Of a DNA stretch of 64,000 nt, positions 31,345 to 41,836 are shown piece by piece. The DNA comes from an uncultured delta proteobacterium. Lineage in GTDB: Bacteria; Desulfobacterota; Binatia; UBA9968. The position numbers and the translations under genes were made by a program. Position 1 is the first letter of the stretch, and each line of letters begins with the position of its first letter. The stretch is from the NCBI GenBank assembly GCA_963847445.1, contig CAWJZV010000034.1, forward strand, positions 128,001-192,000. Direction: 5' to 3'. The notes under the pieces are model-generated. The model searched no databases, was not told the origin of the DNA, and saw nothing but the letters and a program-made list of their open reading frames with translations.

Positions 31345-32382
31345 TCAGCCTCCGGCATCCGCCGAAAGAATGAAGATCTTATCTCCTGGATTGACCTTGG
31401 CGTTGGGATTTTTGACAAACTCCAGCCCGTTAATGTTGCAGGCATAACCGCTCGATAGGCTGCTCCTGTCACGGTTGATGACTCGGCCCAGCAGCACTGG
31501 GTGCTCGGTCGCAAGCGCCGCACAAACATGAGACAACGTCGCCACTTGCGGTAACGACAATGAAACTTCTTTGGTTTTCGCCAAGAGCTGGGCCACGCCG
31601 AAAAGCTCCACGGTGACAGCGATAGAGTTAGAGACAGGGACAGAGACAGAGGTAGAGACAGAGTCGGAGTCGGAGACCGAAGGGGGGGCGGTCTCTGTCT
31701 CAAGTCTCTGTCCGCCGCGACCGGTCTCTATCTCAATTCTCCGTCTGTCTTGACCGGTCTCTATCTCGAATATCTGCCTCTCGTTCCAGCTTGCCAAGGC
31801 GGCTTGATAGTCTTCCGGTGTATTCATGTTGAGAAAGCTCAAGTTCTCCGGATCGAATGGGTGCATTTCAGCTTCGGTGATCTTGCGGGTACGGACTTTG
31901 TCGTAGAGAAAAATCGGCCGCAGCTCACCGCGCTCCAGTTGTTCTTTTAAAAGTGGCGCCACCTGTTTGCGATAGACCGCGTGGAGCGGCTGAAAGCGCT
32001 CCTGGGTGAAGGGAACCACCACATCGTAGTCTGAGATCTGCGCCACGAGATGAGCGATCAAGCGCAGATTCAGGAATGGAGCGTCGCAGGAAGTGACAAA
32101 ACAAATTTCTCGGCGCGCGGCTTTAAGGCCATAATAGATACCGCCGACGGGGCCCTGATACGCGACATCGTCGCGCACGATCGTCGATGGCAGCGCCGGC
32201 AGCTCCTGGTCGGCAGCGGCGACCACTACGGTGTCGCTAAACAATCGGCCAAGTCGGCGAACCATGTGAACGATCAACGGCTCGCCGGCAAAGCGCAAAA
32301 GCGCTTTCGGTTGACCCATGCGCGAGCTTTTGCCGCCGGCCAGGATGACCGCTGTCGCTTCTTCTGCCCGCGTCTGGTTCAT
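31345..32382 (-). CDS. mobA: MobA (molybdenum cofactor guanylyltransferase) fused to a C-terminal MoaD/ThiS sulfur carrier
   Basis: ILAGGKSSRMG, GPVGGI, SCDAPF, QPLHAVY and NMNTPED; low-complexity linker; VTVELFG...LSADAGG ubiquitin-like end. Confidence 0.88.
   Translation of the reverse strand: MNQTRAEEATAVILAGGKSSRMGQPKALLRFAGEPLIVHMVRRLGRLFSDTVVVAAADQELPALPSTIVRDDVAYQGPVGGIYYGLKAARREICFVTSCDAPFLNLRLIAHLVAQISDYDVVVPFTQERFQPLHAVYRKQVAPLLKEQLERGELRPIFLYDKVRTRKITEAEMHPFDPENLSFLNMNTPEDYQAALASWNERQIFEIETGQDRRRIEIETGRGGQRLETETAPPSVSDSDSVSTSVSVPVSNSIAVTVELFGVAQLLAKTKEVSLSLPQVATLSHVCAALATEHPVLLGRVINRDRSSLSSGYACNINGLEFVKNPNAKVNPGDKIFILSADAGG
31621..31768. repeat. Hexamer-unit (GAGACA/TGTCTC) imperfect hairpin forming the MobA-MoaD linker
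   Basis: gagacagggacagagacagaggtagagaca ... gtctctgtctc ... ggtctctatctc; similar intergenic copy at 48764-48834. Confidence 0.75.
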
Positions 32383-32505
32383 TAACGACACATCTATCCC
32401 AGGCACGGTAAGATTTAAAGATATATTCATTTCACGCAATCAGCGCCGAATCGAAGACACTAGGGTACTATCCCGGCGCAGCCGCAACCAAAGGGGAAAG
32501 AGTTT

Positions 32506-32589
32506 TTCACCACGAAGGCACGAAGGACACGAAGGATTCAGATGACCAAGACTCCGAACTTCGTGATCTTCGTGTCCTTCGTGGTGAAC
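32506..32589. repeat. Hairpin of 9-bp units (CACGAAGGA / CTTCGTG)
   Basis: ttcaccacgaaggcacgaaggacacgaag ... cttcgtgatcttcgtgtccttcgtggtgaa. Confidence 0.85.
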
Positions 32590-32676
32590 ACTCTTGTGCG
32601 CAGGAAGTAGCGAGCAGCAGCGCTTTAACTTGCGTTCACAAAAGTGTTTCTATATAAGCCGCCATGTGGAGGGTAT

Positions 32677-33912
32677 CTGAAAGATTTTTTTAAAGTTGAG
32701 ACGCCGCAGGAGGCGCGACGCATTCTTCTCGAGGTGCGTCCAGTGGGGACGGAAACAGTGGCGACCGTTCGCGCCAGGAGTCGGGTTCTGGCCGAAGATC
32801 TCTTCTCTCAGGTGGATCTGCCGCATTTCCACCGCGCGGCGATGGACGGTTACGCGGTTAAAGCGAAAGATACTTTTGGCGCGAGTCAAAGCCTACCGGC
32901 TTATTTAAAATTGGCCGGCGTCGTCGAGATGGGCAAAGAGGCGACTCAGGCGCTCAACAAAGGCGAAGCGATGCGCATTTCCACTGGTGGCATGATGCCG
33001 CCGGACGCCGACGCCGTGGTGATGGTTGAGTATACCGACGAGACCGACGGCGGCTTGGTGGAAATTCATCGCGCCGTGTCGCCTGGGCAAAACGTCATTC
33101 AAATCGGCGACGATATCAAAAAAGGCGAGCCGGTGTTTTCTCAAGGACGGCGGCTGCGCGGCCATGATTTGGGCGCGCTTACCGGCGTCGGCATTGCATC
33201 GATTGCAGTTTATCGGCGGCCGCGTGTCGCGCTGATCTCCACCGGCGACGAGATTGTCGATGCGGAAATTGACCCGCAGCCGGGGCAGGTGCGTAACATC
33301 AACCAGCATTCGTTGGCCGGTTTGATCGAAGAAGCTGGTGGCGAACTCAAAGATTGGGGCGTGATCCGCGACGATCGCGCGCAGTTGACCGCGGCGATCG
33401 GTGCAGCACTCGATTGGGCGGACGTCGTGCTGCTTTCGGGCGGCAGCTCCATGGGCGCCAAGGACATCGCCTTGGAAACGATCCTGTCGTTTCCCGATTC
33501 GCAATTTATTTTCCATGGCATCTCCATCGCGCCAGGCAAGCCGACGATCTTCGCCAAAGCATGCGGCAAGCCGATCCTCGGATTGCCGGGCTATCCGGTT
33601 TCCGCTCTGGTGATCTTCGATCTGTTCGGCGCACCGATGCTGCGCCGCTTGGGCGGCGAAAGCCTCGACGCGCTGCAGCGTTTTAGCCGAACCGTGCGGG
33701 CAAAATTGACAACCAACATCTCGTCGCAATTAGGGCGCGAAGACTACGTCCGTGTGGTTATGCAAGGCGAAGGTACGGGCTTTGTCGCGACGCCGTTACC
33801 AAGTAAATCCGGCGCGATTTTCACTCTGGTCAAGGCCGACGGCATGGTGCGCATCGGCATGAATCAAGATGGCCTCGAACAGGGCGAAGAAGTGGATGTG
33901 ATCCTGTTCTAA
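32677..33912 (+). CDS. moeA: Molybdopterin molybdenum/tungsten transferase MoeA
   Basis: AMDGYAV, ISTGG..P..ADAVVMVE, STGDE, SGGSSMG, PGKP and LPGYPVS. Confidence 0.93.
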   Translation: MKDFFKVETPQEARRILLEVRPVGTETVATVRARSRVLAEDLFSQVDLPHFHRAAMDGYAVKAKDTFGASQSLPAYLKLAGVVEMGKEATQALNKGEAMRISTGGMMPPDADAVVMVEYTDETDGGLVEIHRAVSPGQNVIQIGDDIKKGEPVFSQGRRLRGHDLGALTGVGIASIAVYRRPRVALISTGDEIVDAEIDPQPGQVRNINQHSLAGLIEEAGGELKDWGVIRDDRAQLTAAIGAALDWADVVLLSGGSSMGAKDIALETILSFPDSQFIFHGISIAPGKPTIFAKACGKPILGLPGYPVSALVIFDLFGAPMLRRLGGESLDALQRFSRTVRAKLTTNISSQLGREDYVRVVMQGEGTGFVATPLPSKSGAIFTLVKADGMVRIGMNQDGLEQGEEVDVILF

Positions 33913-33962
33913 CGATCGGCGCCAGCACCGAGAATAGAGACTGCGAACTAACAAATGGGCAT

Positions 33963-35898
33963 ATGGCGCGTAAGAGATATTTAAAGAAAACGCCGCTCAG
34001 CGAAGCGCGCGAGCTATTTTTGTCGACGGTCAACCCGGCGGCGTTAGCGATCGAAGAGATTGCCATCGACGACGCTCTCGACCGGATTACCGCCGAGCCA
34101 GTGTTCGCCAAGATCTCCTCGCCGCATTATCATGCCTCGGCGATGGATGGGATCTGCGTGCGCGCGGAAGAGACCTTCGGCGCGACGGAGTTCGTCGGCA
34201 AGAAACTCACACTGACCGATTCCGATTCTCCTCGCGCCGATGCTTTTCGCTACGTCGATACCGGTAACGCGCTGCCGGCCTGGGCCAACGCCGTCATCAT
34301 GATCGAGAAAGTGCACCAGGTCGATGCGACACACCATCGAGATTTTCGAATCGGTGGCGCCGTGGAATCATGTGCGCTTGGTCGGTGAAGATGTCGTCGC
34401 CACCGAGCTGCTGTTGCCCCGTTCCCATCGGCTGCGCCCCTACGATTTGGGCGCGTTGTTGGCGGCTGGTCATACGACGGTGCGGGTCAAGGCGCGGCCT
34501 CGGGTTGGCATCATTCCCACCGGGGATGAACTGATTCAACCTGGCGAGGAAGCCACGCCAGGCGCGGTGATCGATTTCAATTCGACGGTGCTGGCGGCTT
34601 TCGTCCGCGAATGGGGCGGTATGCCGGTCCGGTATTCGCGCGCCCGCGACGATGAGCAGTTGCTGCGGGCGGCGCTCGAGCGCGCCGGTCGCAGAGTGCG
34701 ATCTGGTGACGATCATCGCCGGCTCCTCGGCGGGGGAGCATGATCTCACTGCCGATGTGGTGGCCGCCGCCGGCGAATTGCTCGCCCATGGCATCGACGT
34801 GATGCCGGGCAAGCCGGCCGTGCTCGGTTCTCTCAATGGCAAGCCGGTGCTCGGCGTGCCGGGTTACCCGGTGTCGGCGATCGTCATTGCCCGCGAAATT
34901 CTCCGTCCGGCCTTGGAAAAGTTTCTTAGCAATGTCCCGTCGATGTTGCCGACGGTGCGCGCCATCGTGCCGAAAAAAATCGCCTCTCATTTAGGTTTGG
35001 AAGAGTTCATTCGCGTGACGTTGGGCCGGGTCGGCGAGAAACTGGTCGCCGTGCCTTTGGCGCGCGGCGCCGGGGTGATCACAACCATGGTGCATGCCGA
35101 CGGTTTGATGCGCATCGCCAGTTTGGTCGAAGGGCTCAACGCCGGTGAAAATGCCGAGGTGGAACTGTTGCGGCCGATGGTGGATATCGAAAATACCATA
35201 CTCTGCACCGGCAGCCATGACTTGGCGATTGGCGTGCTCGAAGACCAACTTAAACTGCGCCATGCGGAGTTGAAAATTGCCGCCGACTAACGTTGGCAGC
35301 TTGGGCGGCCTGCTCGCCATGCAGCGCGGTGAGACCCATATCGCCGGCACTCATCTGCTCGATCCCGCCAGTGGCGTCTACAACATTCCGGATATTCAGC
35401 GGGCGATTCCCAATGTTCCGGTCGTCCTGGTTCATCTGGCGCAGCGCGAGCAGGGCATCTCGTCAGCCGCGGCAATCCGAAAGCGCTGCGCGGCCTGGAG
35501 GATCTTGCGCGTCACGATATACGCTTCGTCAATCGCCAGCCGGGCTCGGGCACGCGAGTTTTGTTGGATTACCAGCTCAAGAAACTAGGGCTCGATGGCG
35601 CGGCGATCGCCGGTTACGAGCGCGAAGAGTTCACCCATATGGCGGTCGGCGTGGCGGTGGCGAGCGGCCTAGCCGATGCCGGTCTGGGCGTGCGCGCCGC
35701 GGCCCAGGCGTTGGGCCTCGACTTCATTCCAGTCGCCAACGAACAATATGATTTGCTCATCGAGCGGCGATTTTTCGAATCTGCCGCGCGGTGAGTTGCT
35801 GCTGGCGACGATCTGCTTCTGGCGGCTTCAAGGGCGCGGTCTGCGCTTTGGGCGGCTACGACACCACCAACGCTGGTGCGCTACTCTACCGCCAGTGA
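33963..35898 (+). CDS. moeA: MoeA fused to a C-terminal PBP-like (oxyanion-binding) domain, frameshifted
   Basis: SAMDG, DTGN, PTGDE, PGKP and PGYPVS, then GSHD, GSLGGL, NRQPGSGTR, THMAV and GGYDT. Confidence 0.88.
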
Positions 35899-36176
35899 TG
35901 CTTCCTCCATCGCTTTAAAGCTCTTTTCGCGACATCGCCGTTGTCATCGTTGCTCGGGTTTTCCGCTTGACTCATCCGGCGTACATCGCCGATGGGGTGA
36001 CATTGACCTCGTTCTTGGCCGGCAATGTGCTTCGCCGCGGCGCAGATTTGACCGCGCCGCCCGCTATTGGACCTCGCAGTATCGATTTGTTCAAATTTGT
36101 TGCCAAGGGTGCTAAATCGCACCATCGCTGCGCAATAAAATAGCTTAAATTACGACGAGCTTAGCGTTTCGTCGCC

Positions 36177-36192
36177 TGGCATTGCCATTGCG
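36177..36192 (+). promoter_or_regulatory. Putative sigma54 (-24/-12) promoter
   Basis: TGGCATT-GCCA-TTGC with exact GG-N10-GC spacing, about 23 nt before the ATG at 36215. Confidence 0.6.
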
Positions 36193-36214
36193 TTTATAGA
36201 CCAACGCGAAAGCT

Positions 36215-36412
36215 ATGGAAAGAACTAACGAATCCCTGCAGCTACTGACCCTTACCGAAGCGGCTCAGTTACTCCATGTCTCAACCAAGACTTTGCAACG
36301 CATGATTCGCAGCGGCGATTTGCCGGCACTCAAAGTCGGCGGCCAATGGCGCCTGCGGGAATGCCAGCTAATCAGTTGGATCCAAAGCCGCGAAGGTAAG
36401 TCACAGTCTTGA
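36215..36412 (+). CDS. Stand-alone HTH_17 (excisionase/BldC-like) DNA-binding protein
   Basis: LLTLTEAAQLLHVSTKTLQRMIRSGDLPALKVGGQWR. Confidence 0.88.
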   Translation: MERTNESLQLLTLTEAAQLLHVSTKTLQRMIRSGDLPALKVGGQWRLRECQLISWIQSREGKSQS

Positions 36413-36495
36413 CCCGCGACACCATCTAACAGTTAGAGCGCCATGGGTGCCGCCAAAGTAGACCACTAGCGACCCGATCGGCAGCAGGACAAAAG

Positions 36496-39111
36496 TTGGC
36501 GAAGCTCCAGATTGAAAAAATCGTACAGTTGGCAACTGGGACGTATTTGCGCCGGCTGCGCCGGCGTTTGTTGCTGATGATCGCCATCGCCGTGGTGCCG
36601 GTTCTTGCGGTTATCTTGTACCAGGCGAAAGTTCACCGCGATGTGCAAATTCTTGAGGTCCATGAGGCGGCCTGGCGGCTTACCAATGTCATTGCGCTGC
36701 GTCAGTCGCAAGTCGTCGATGCGGCTAAGCAGTTACTGATTCTGTTGGCTCAGGTACCGGTGATCGCCAGAGGCGACCAGGGTGCGCTGTGGCGAGGTTG
36801 TGCGCGGATTCTTAGCGCAAAACCGAGCCTACTTGGATATTGGCGTATTTGAGCCAGCGGGAGCGACGCGCTGTCGCGCACGTGACTCCGGTTCCGCGAA
36901 TGACCTTGGCGCGCAGTTCGCTGCTGCGGCGAGTCTTGGCAACTAAAGACTTTGTCATCGGCGATCATCACGTGCTCGGCAACTGGCAGCGCCGGACGCT
37001 CACGTTCGCCTATCCGATTCTAGATGAAAACGAGCGCGGTCAGGGATGTCCTATTCGCGGCGTTAGACATGAAACAGATCGACCAGTTAACCGCCGAGAG
37101 TAACCTGCCGGCGGGCATGGCGCTGACGATCCTCGATAGTAATGGAACGATCCTGACGCGAGTTCCCGATCATGAAGAATGGGCCGGCAGGCAACTGCCC
37201 GATGCGCCGCTCTTGGAGCTGATGCAGCTGCGCCATCAAACCACCAAAGAGATCGCCGGTCTGGATGGGATCACACGGCTCTATGCGTTCAAAACCGTCG
37301 GCGACAGCCGCGAACGCGGCCAGCTCCATGTCATCGTCGGCGTGCCGAAGGCGATCGCCTACCGGGAAGCTGACCAGACGCTGCTGTGGAACCTGATTGG
37401 GATCGCGATGCTCACCGGAATCGCTAGCGGGGTGGCCTGGCTCGTCGGTAGTAGATCGGTCGTTGAATACCTGAAAAACCGCGGCGACATCGAAGACGCC
37501 CGAGCCAGGTTGGGCGCCATCGTCGAGTCTTCTGAAGACGGCATCGTCGGCATGACCCTCGATGGCGAGATCACCACTTGGAACAGCGGCGCCGAACAGA
37601 TGTATGGCTACGATGCCGCGAGCATCATCGGCCAGAATATCGCGGTGCTGACACCGCTGGAGCACCGTGACGAGATCCCTGAACTGATGCAGATCGTGAG
37701 CTTGGGTAAGGGCATCAATCGTTACGAAAGCGAACGCATCTGTAAGGATGGCCGGCGCATTGCCGTGTCCGCTTCCCTATCACCGATACGCGATTCGCAG
37801 GGAAGTATACGCGGCGCCGCGACCATCACCCGCGACATTACGCTGCTGCGCAAAGGTGAAGAACAAATGGCGATACACAACCGCCAGTTGGAAACCCTTC
37901 AGACGGTGGCTCAAGAAATCACCGAATCCCTGTCCTTGGCGGAAACCATGCCGCAGACGCTTGAGACGCTGGTCGCGCTGGTGCCCTGCGATCATGCGAT
38001 AGTTTATTTGATCGGCGCCGATGGCGCGGTTAATTCGTTCTCGGCGAGCCGCGGGGCTGGGGCTAAAGCGCTCCATGGTGGATTGGCCGATGATATGGCA
38101 GCGGCCGCAACCCAATGCACCGGCGAGTGGTTCGTCGAAGATGTGACTACGGTGCCGGAACTCGCAGCCTTGTGGCCGCAATATGGAGTTAGAGCGACGG
38201 CGATTTTACCGATGACGCGCAAAGACGGGGGCCGGACCACCTTGGTTGTGCTCGACAGTTCCGCCCATTCGTTCGGTGTCGACGATACCCAATTTCTCAA
38301 GGCGTTGGCCCGGCAGATCGCCCTCGGCGTCGAGAATGGCCAGCTCTACAAGTCTTCACTCACCCTGATTGACAACTTGGCGGGCGAAATCGAAGAGCGT
38401 AAAAAGGCCGAAAAGCAGCTGGCCGACTTCAATGCCATGGTGGTTCACGATCTCCGTTCGCCGCTTGCCAACATCGTCTCGATGGCGGAGTCGGTGAAGG
38501 AAGGGTTGTTCGGCGACGTCAACGAGTTGCAACGGAATTGGCTAGGTAAGATCGAAAACAACTGCCGCGGCCTGATCGATCAGGTGAGCGATTTTCTGGA
38601 TTTTTCGCGCATCGATGCCGGCAAACTGGTGCTCAAACGCGAACGGGCAAGTATCGGTTCGCAAATTCACGAGATCTTGGCGCAACACTCCATCGAAGCC
38701 AAGAAGCGCGATATTACACTAACCGCGCGGATCGACGAGCGCCTGCCGGTACTCTGGGCGGATTCGCGCCGTGTCGGACAAGTGCTGACGAACTTAATGA
38801 GCAACGCCCTCAAGTTTACTGACAACGGTGGAGCCGTCGAGGTGTCCGCATGGGCGAGCGATACTGCGATCGTCGTCTCGGTGCGCGACACCGGCGTCGG
38901 CATAGCGGCCGATGATCTCGGTGATATATTTCAAATGTATGGCCAGGGGGCGAGCAGTGACAAGAGCCAGCGTCGCAGCACCGGTATCGGGCTGGTGATT
39001 TGCAAGAAGATTATCGAAGCCCATGGCGGGCGCATCTGGGTCGAGAGCGAAGTCGGCAGGGGCAGCAGCTTTTATTTTTCCTTGCCGGCACAGGGCGAAA
39101 AAGATGAGTAG
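36496..39111 (+). CDS. Membrane sensor histidine kinase (Cache-like, PAS, GAF, HisKA, HATPase), N-terminal frameshifts
   Basis: TM helices; AIVESSEDGI..WNSGAE PAS; HDLRSPL H-box; NLMSNALKF, DTGVGI and GIGL boxes. Confidence 0.9.
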
Positions 39112-39112
39112 C

Positions 39113-40666
39113 TTATACCGGCATGAGCCCATGTTTTTTACGTGGCCGCTGTTCTTTTTTATGACGTAAGATTTCCAGCGATTGAATCAGCCGCTTGCGG
39201 GTATCGGCAGGCCTGATCGCGGCCTGGGCGAACTGTTTGGACAGCGCTTCGAAGGGGCCGCTGAAGCGCTCCAGATATTCAGCGAGTTTTTCCGTCCGGG
39301 TTTTTGCCGGATCGGCCGACTGGTCGATTTCTTTCTTGTAGAGCACGTTCACCGCACCGCCGCCGCCCATGACCGCGAGTTCCACGCCGGGCCAAACGAA
39401 TAATTGATCGGCACCCATCTCCCGCGTACACAGCGCCTGTTTGGCGCCGCCGTAGCCTTTGCGCAGCACGATGGTGATTTTCGGCACGGTCGCTTCGGCG
39501 TAGGCGTAAAGCATCTTGGCGCCGTGGCGAATGATGCCTTTTTCTTCCTGCTGTTTGCCGGGAAAGAAACCCGGGACATCCATCAAGGTAATCACCGGGA
39601 TATTGAAGGCATCGCAGAAGCGGATAAAGCGCGCCGCCTTGTCCGAGGCGTCGACATCCAGGCTGCCGGCGAGAAACATCGGTTGATTGGCGACGAAGCC
39701 CGCCGGATAGCCGTCGAGGCGGCCGAAGCCGATGACCAGATTGCGCGCGAACTTGGCTTTCAATTCGAAAAAATCGCCGTCATCGACGATGGCTTTGATC
39801 ACCTGGACGATGTTGTAGGCGCGCTTCATGTCTTCGGGCACGAGCTTTTCTAAGTTATCGAGCATGCGGCCGGGATCGTCGGTGGTTATTTTGCGCGGTG
39901 GTTTTTCCTCGAAACTCGGCGGCAGGAAACCGACCAGCCGGCGAATCATCGCCAAACATTCCTCATCGTTTTTCGCCACCAAGTCGGTGACGCCGGAAAT
40001 CTCCGAGTGAATTTTGGCGCCGCCCAACTCTTCCATGGTGACGGTTTCGCCCAACACCTCCTTGATCACCGCCGGGCCGGTAATGAACATTTGACCGGAG
40101 TTTTGCACTTGCAAAATCACATCGGTGAGCGCCGGCGAATAGGAGCCGACACCGATGCAGGGACCCATGATCGCGGAGATCTGCGGGATGCAGCCGGAGG
40201 CGATGCTGTTCTCAAAAAATATTTTGCCGATGGCGGAGGTGACGCTAAGCCCTTCCTGAATGCGCGCGCCGGCGGAGTCGTTGAGGCCGATCACCGGCAC
40301 GCCGACTTTGCGCGCGGTCTGAATCACGTAAGCGATTTTCTCCGCGTGGGCGGCGCCCACGCTGCCCGCCATTATCGAGCGATCCTGGGAATAAACATAA
40401 ACCGGCCGGCCGTCGATCTTGCCGAAACCGGTGACGACACCGTCGGAGGGTTGCTTGCGCTCGGCCATGCCGAAGTCCAGGCACGGCGTCTCCGCGAGCA
40501 TGAATTCTTCGACGAAGGTGCCGGGGTCCAACAGTTTGTCGATGCGCTCACGGGCGGTGAGATTGCCTTGCTCGTGTAACTTGGCCGTGGTCTTGGGATC
40601 GCCGGCGGCAACCTTTTGTTCCAGACCGGCGAGTTTTTTTTCTAGCTCTGCGCGTGATTTTGCCAT
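39113..40666 (-). CDS. Acyl-CoA carboxyltransferase (methylmalonyl-CoA decarboxylase alpha / PccB-like)
   Basis: LTARERI, DGVVTG, DSAGARIQEG, FITGP, FIRFCDAFNIP, DVPGF and KKHGLMPV. Confidence 0.92.
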   Translation of the reverse strand: MAKSRAELEKKLAGLEQKVAAGDPKTTAKLHEQGNLTARERIDKLLDPGTFVEEFMLAETPCLDFGMAERKQPSDGVVTGFGKIDGRPVYVYSQDRSIMAGSVGAAHAEKIAYVIQTARKVGVPVIGLNDSAGARIQEGLSVTSAIGKIFFENSIASGCIPQISAIMGPCIGVGSYSPALTDVILQVQNSGQMFITGPAVIKEVLGETVTMEELGGAKIHSEISGVTDLVAKNDEECLAMIRRLVGFLPPSFEEKPPRKITTDDPGRMLDNLEKLVPEDMKRAYNIVQVIKAIVDDGDFFELKAKFARNLVIGFGRLDGYPAGFVANQPMFLAGSLDVDASDKAARFIRFCDAFNIPVITLMDVPGFFPGKQQEEKGIIRHGAKMLYAYAEATVPKITIVLRKGYGGAKQALCTREMGADQLFVWPGVELAVMGGGGAVNVLYKKEIDQSADPAKTRTEKLAEYLERFSGPFEALSKQFAQAAIRPADTRKRLIQSLEILRHKKEQRPRKKHGLMPV

Positions 40667-40679
40667 GGGCGCCGCCTAA

Positions 40680-41828
40680 TCATCCACCGACAATTCCCAT
40701 TCCTTGCAATACCGAGAGCATGACCGCCGCGGCGATTACCGAGCCAATCTGGCCGCCGGCGTTGGCACTCATGGCATGCATCAACAGATAACTTTTCTTA
40801 TTATATTTCTGACCTTCGGCTTGGACGACGCGGGCCGCCATCGGAAATGCTGAAATGCCCGCGGCGCCGATCAGCGGGTTAACTTTGCCGCCGGTCATTG
40901 AGCACATCAACTTGCCGAACAGGAGTCCGACAACGGTGTCCAAGCTGATGGCGATAAACCCGAGGCCCAAGATCAACAGCGTTTGTGCTTTCAAAAATTT
41001 ATCCGCTTCCATGGTGGCGCCGATGCACAGCCCGAGGAGCAAGGTAACGATATTGGCGATCTCGTTCTCCGAGGCGCTCTTGAGCCGCTCAACCACACCG
41101 CTTTCGCGCAATAGGTTGCCGAGCATGATCGTACCGATGAGTGGCGCACCTTTGGGCGCCAAGATCGAAGCGAAAATGGTTACGGCGATGGGAAAGACGA
41201 TTTTGGTGGTCTTCGAGATCGGTTCCAATTTGGCCGCGCCCATGACGATCTGCCGTTCCTTCTCAGTGGTGAGGGCGCGCATGATCGGCGGCTGGATCAA
41301 AGGCACCAAAGCCATGTACGAATATGCGGCGACCGATACTGCGCCGAGCATGTGCGGGGCGAACTTTGAGCTAACGTAAATCGCCGTCGGTCCGTCGCAT
41401 GCGCCGATAATGGCAACGGCGACGGCATCGAGTTTGTCGAACCCCAGAGCCAGAGCGAGCAGCAGGGTTAAAAAGATGCCGAACTGGCCGGCAGCACCGA
41501 GCAGAATAATTTTGGGATTCTGCAGCAAAGGCTGAAAATCGGTCATGGAGCCGATTCCGATAAAAATCAGCAACGGAAATACTTCTGTGAGCACGCCGGC
41601 ATCGTAGAAGAAGCGGAGAAAACCATCTTTGCCCATCATGTCGGCGAGCGGGATATTGACCAGGATAGCCCCGAAGCCGATGGGCACGAGTAGAAGCGGT
41701 TCATAGCCTTTTTTAATGCCGAGGTAGAGCAGCACCGAAGCGATGACGAGCATGACGATTTGCCAAATCGTGATGCTCACGACACCGGCAAATAGACCCT
41801 GGATGCCGGAAACTAGCGCAGATTCCAT
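40680..41828 (-). CDS. oadB: Na+-translocating decarboxylase beta subunit
   Basis: EPLLLVPIGFG, FPLLIF, GAAGQFGIF, IIGACDGPT, AAYSYMALVP and GISAFPMAARV. Confidence 0.93.
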   Translation of the reverse strand: MESALVSGIQGLFAGVVSITIWQIVMLVIASVLLYLGIKKGYEPLLLVPIGFGAILVNIPLADMMGKDGFLRFFYDAGVLTEVFPLLIFIGIGSMTDFQPLLQNPKIILLGAAGQFGIFLTLLLALALGFDKLDAVAVAIIGACDGPTAIYVSSKFAPHMLGAVSVAAYSYMALVPLIQPPIMRALTTEKERQIVMGAAKLEPISKTTKIVFPIAVTIFASILAPKGAPLIGTIMLGNLLRESGVVERLKSASENEIANIVTLLLGLCIGATMEADKFLKAQTLLILGLGFIAISLDTVVGLLFGKLMCSMTGGKVNPLIGAAGISAFPMAARVVQAEGQKYNKKSYLLMHAMSANAGGQIGSVIAAAVMLSVLQGMGIVGG

Positions 41829-41836
41829 TGACTGTG

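Noticed and set aside
35886-36125. 79-aa minus-strand ORF between moeA and the HTH gene
   Set aside because: No recognisable motif or clear RBS; treated as intergenic.
36215-36412. Prophage or ICE excisionase
   Set aside because: No integrase, att-like site, tRNA or phage genes in the window. HTH_17 proteins are often plain regulators.
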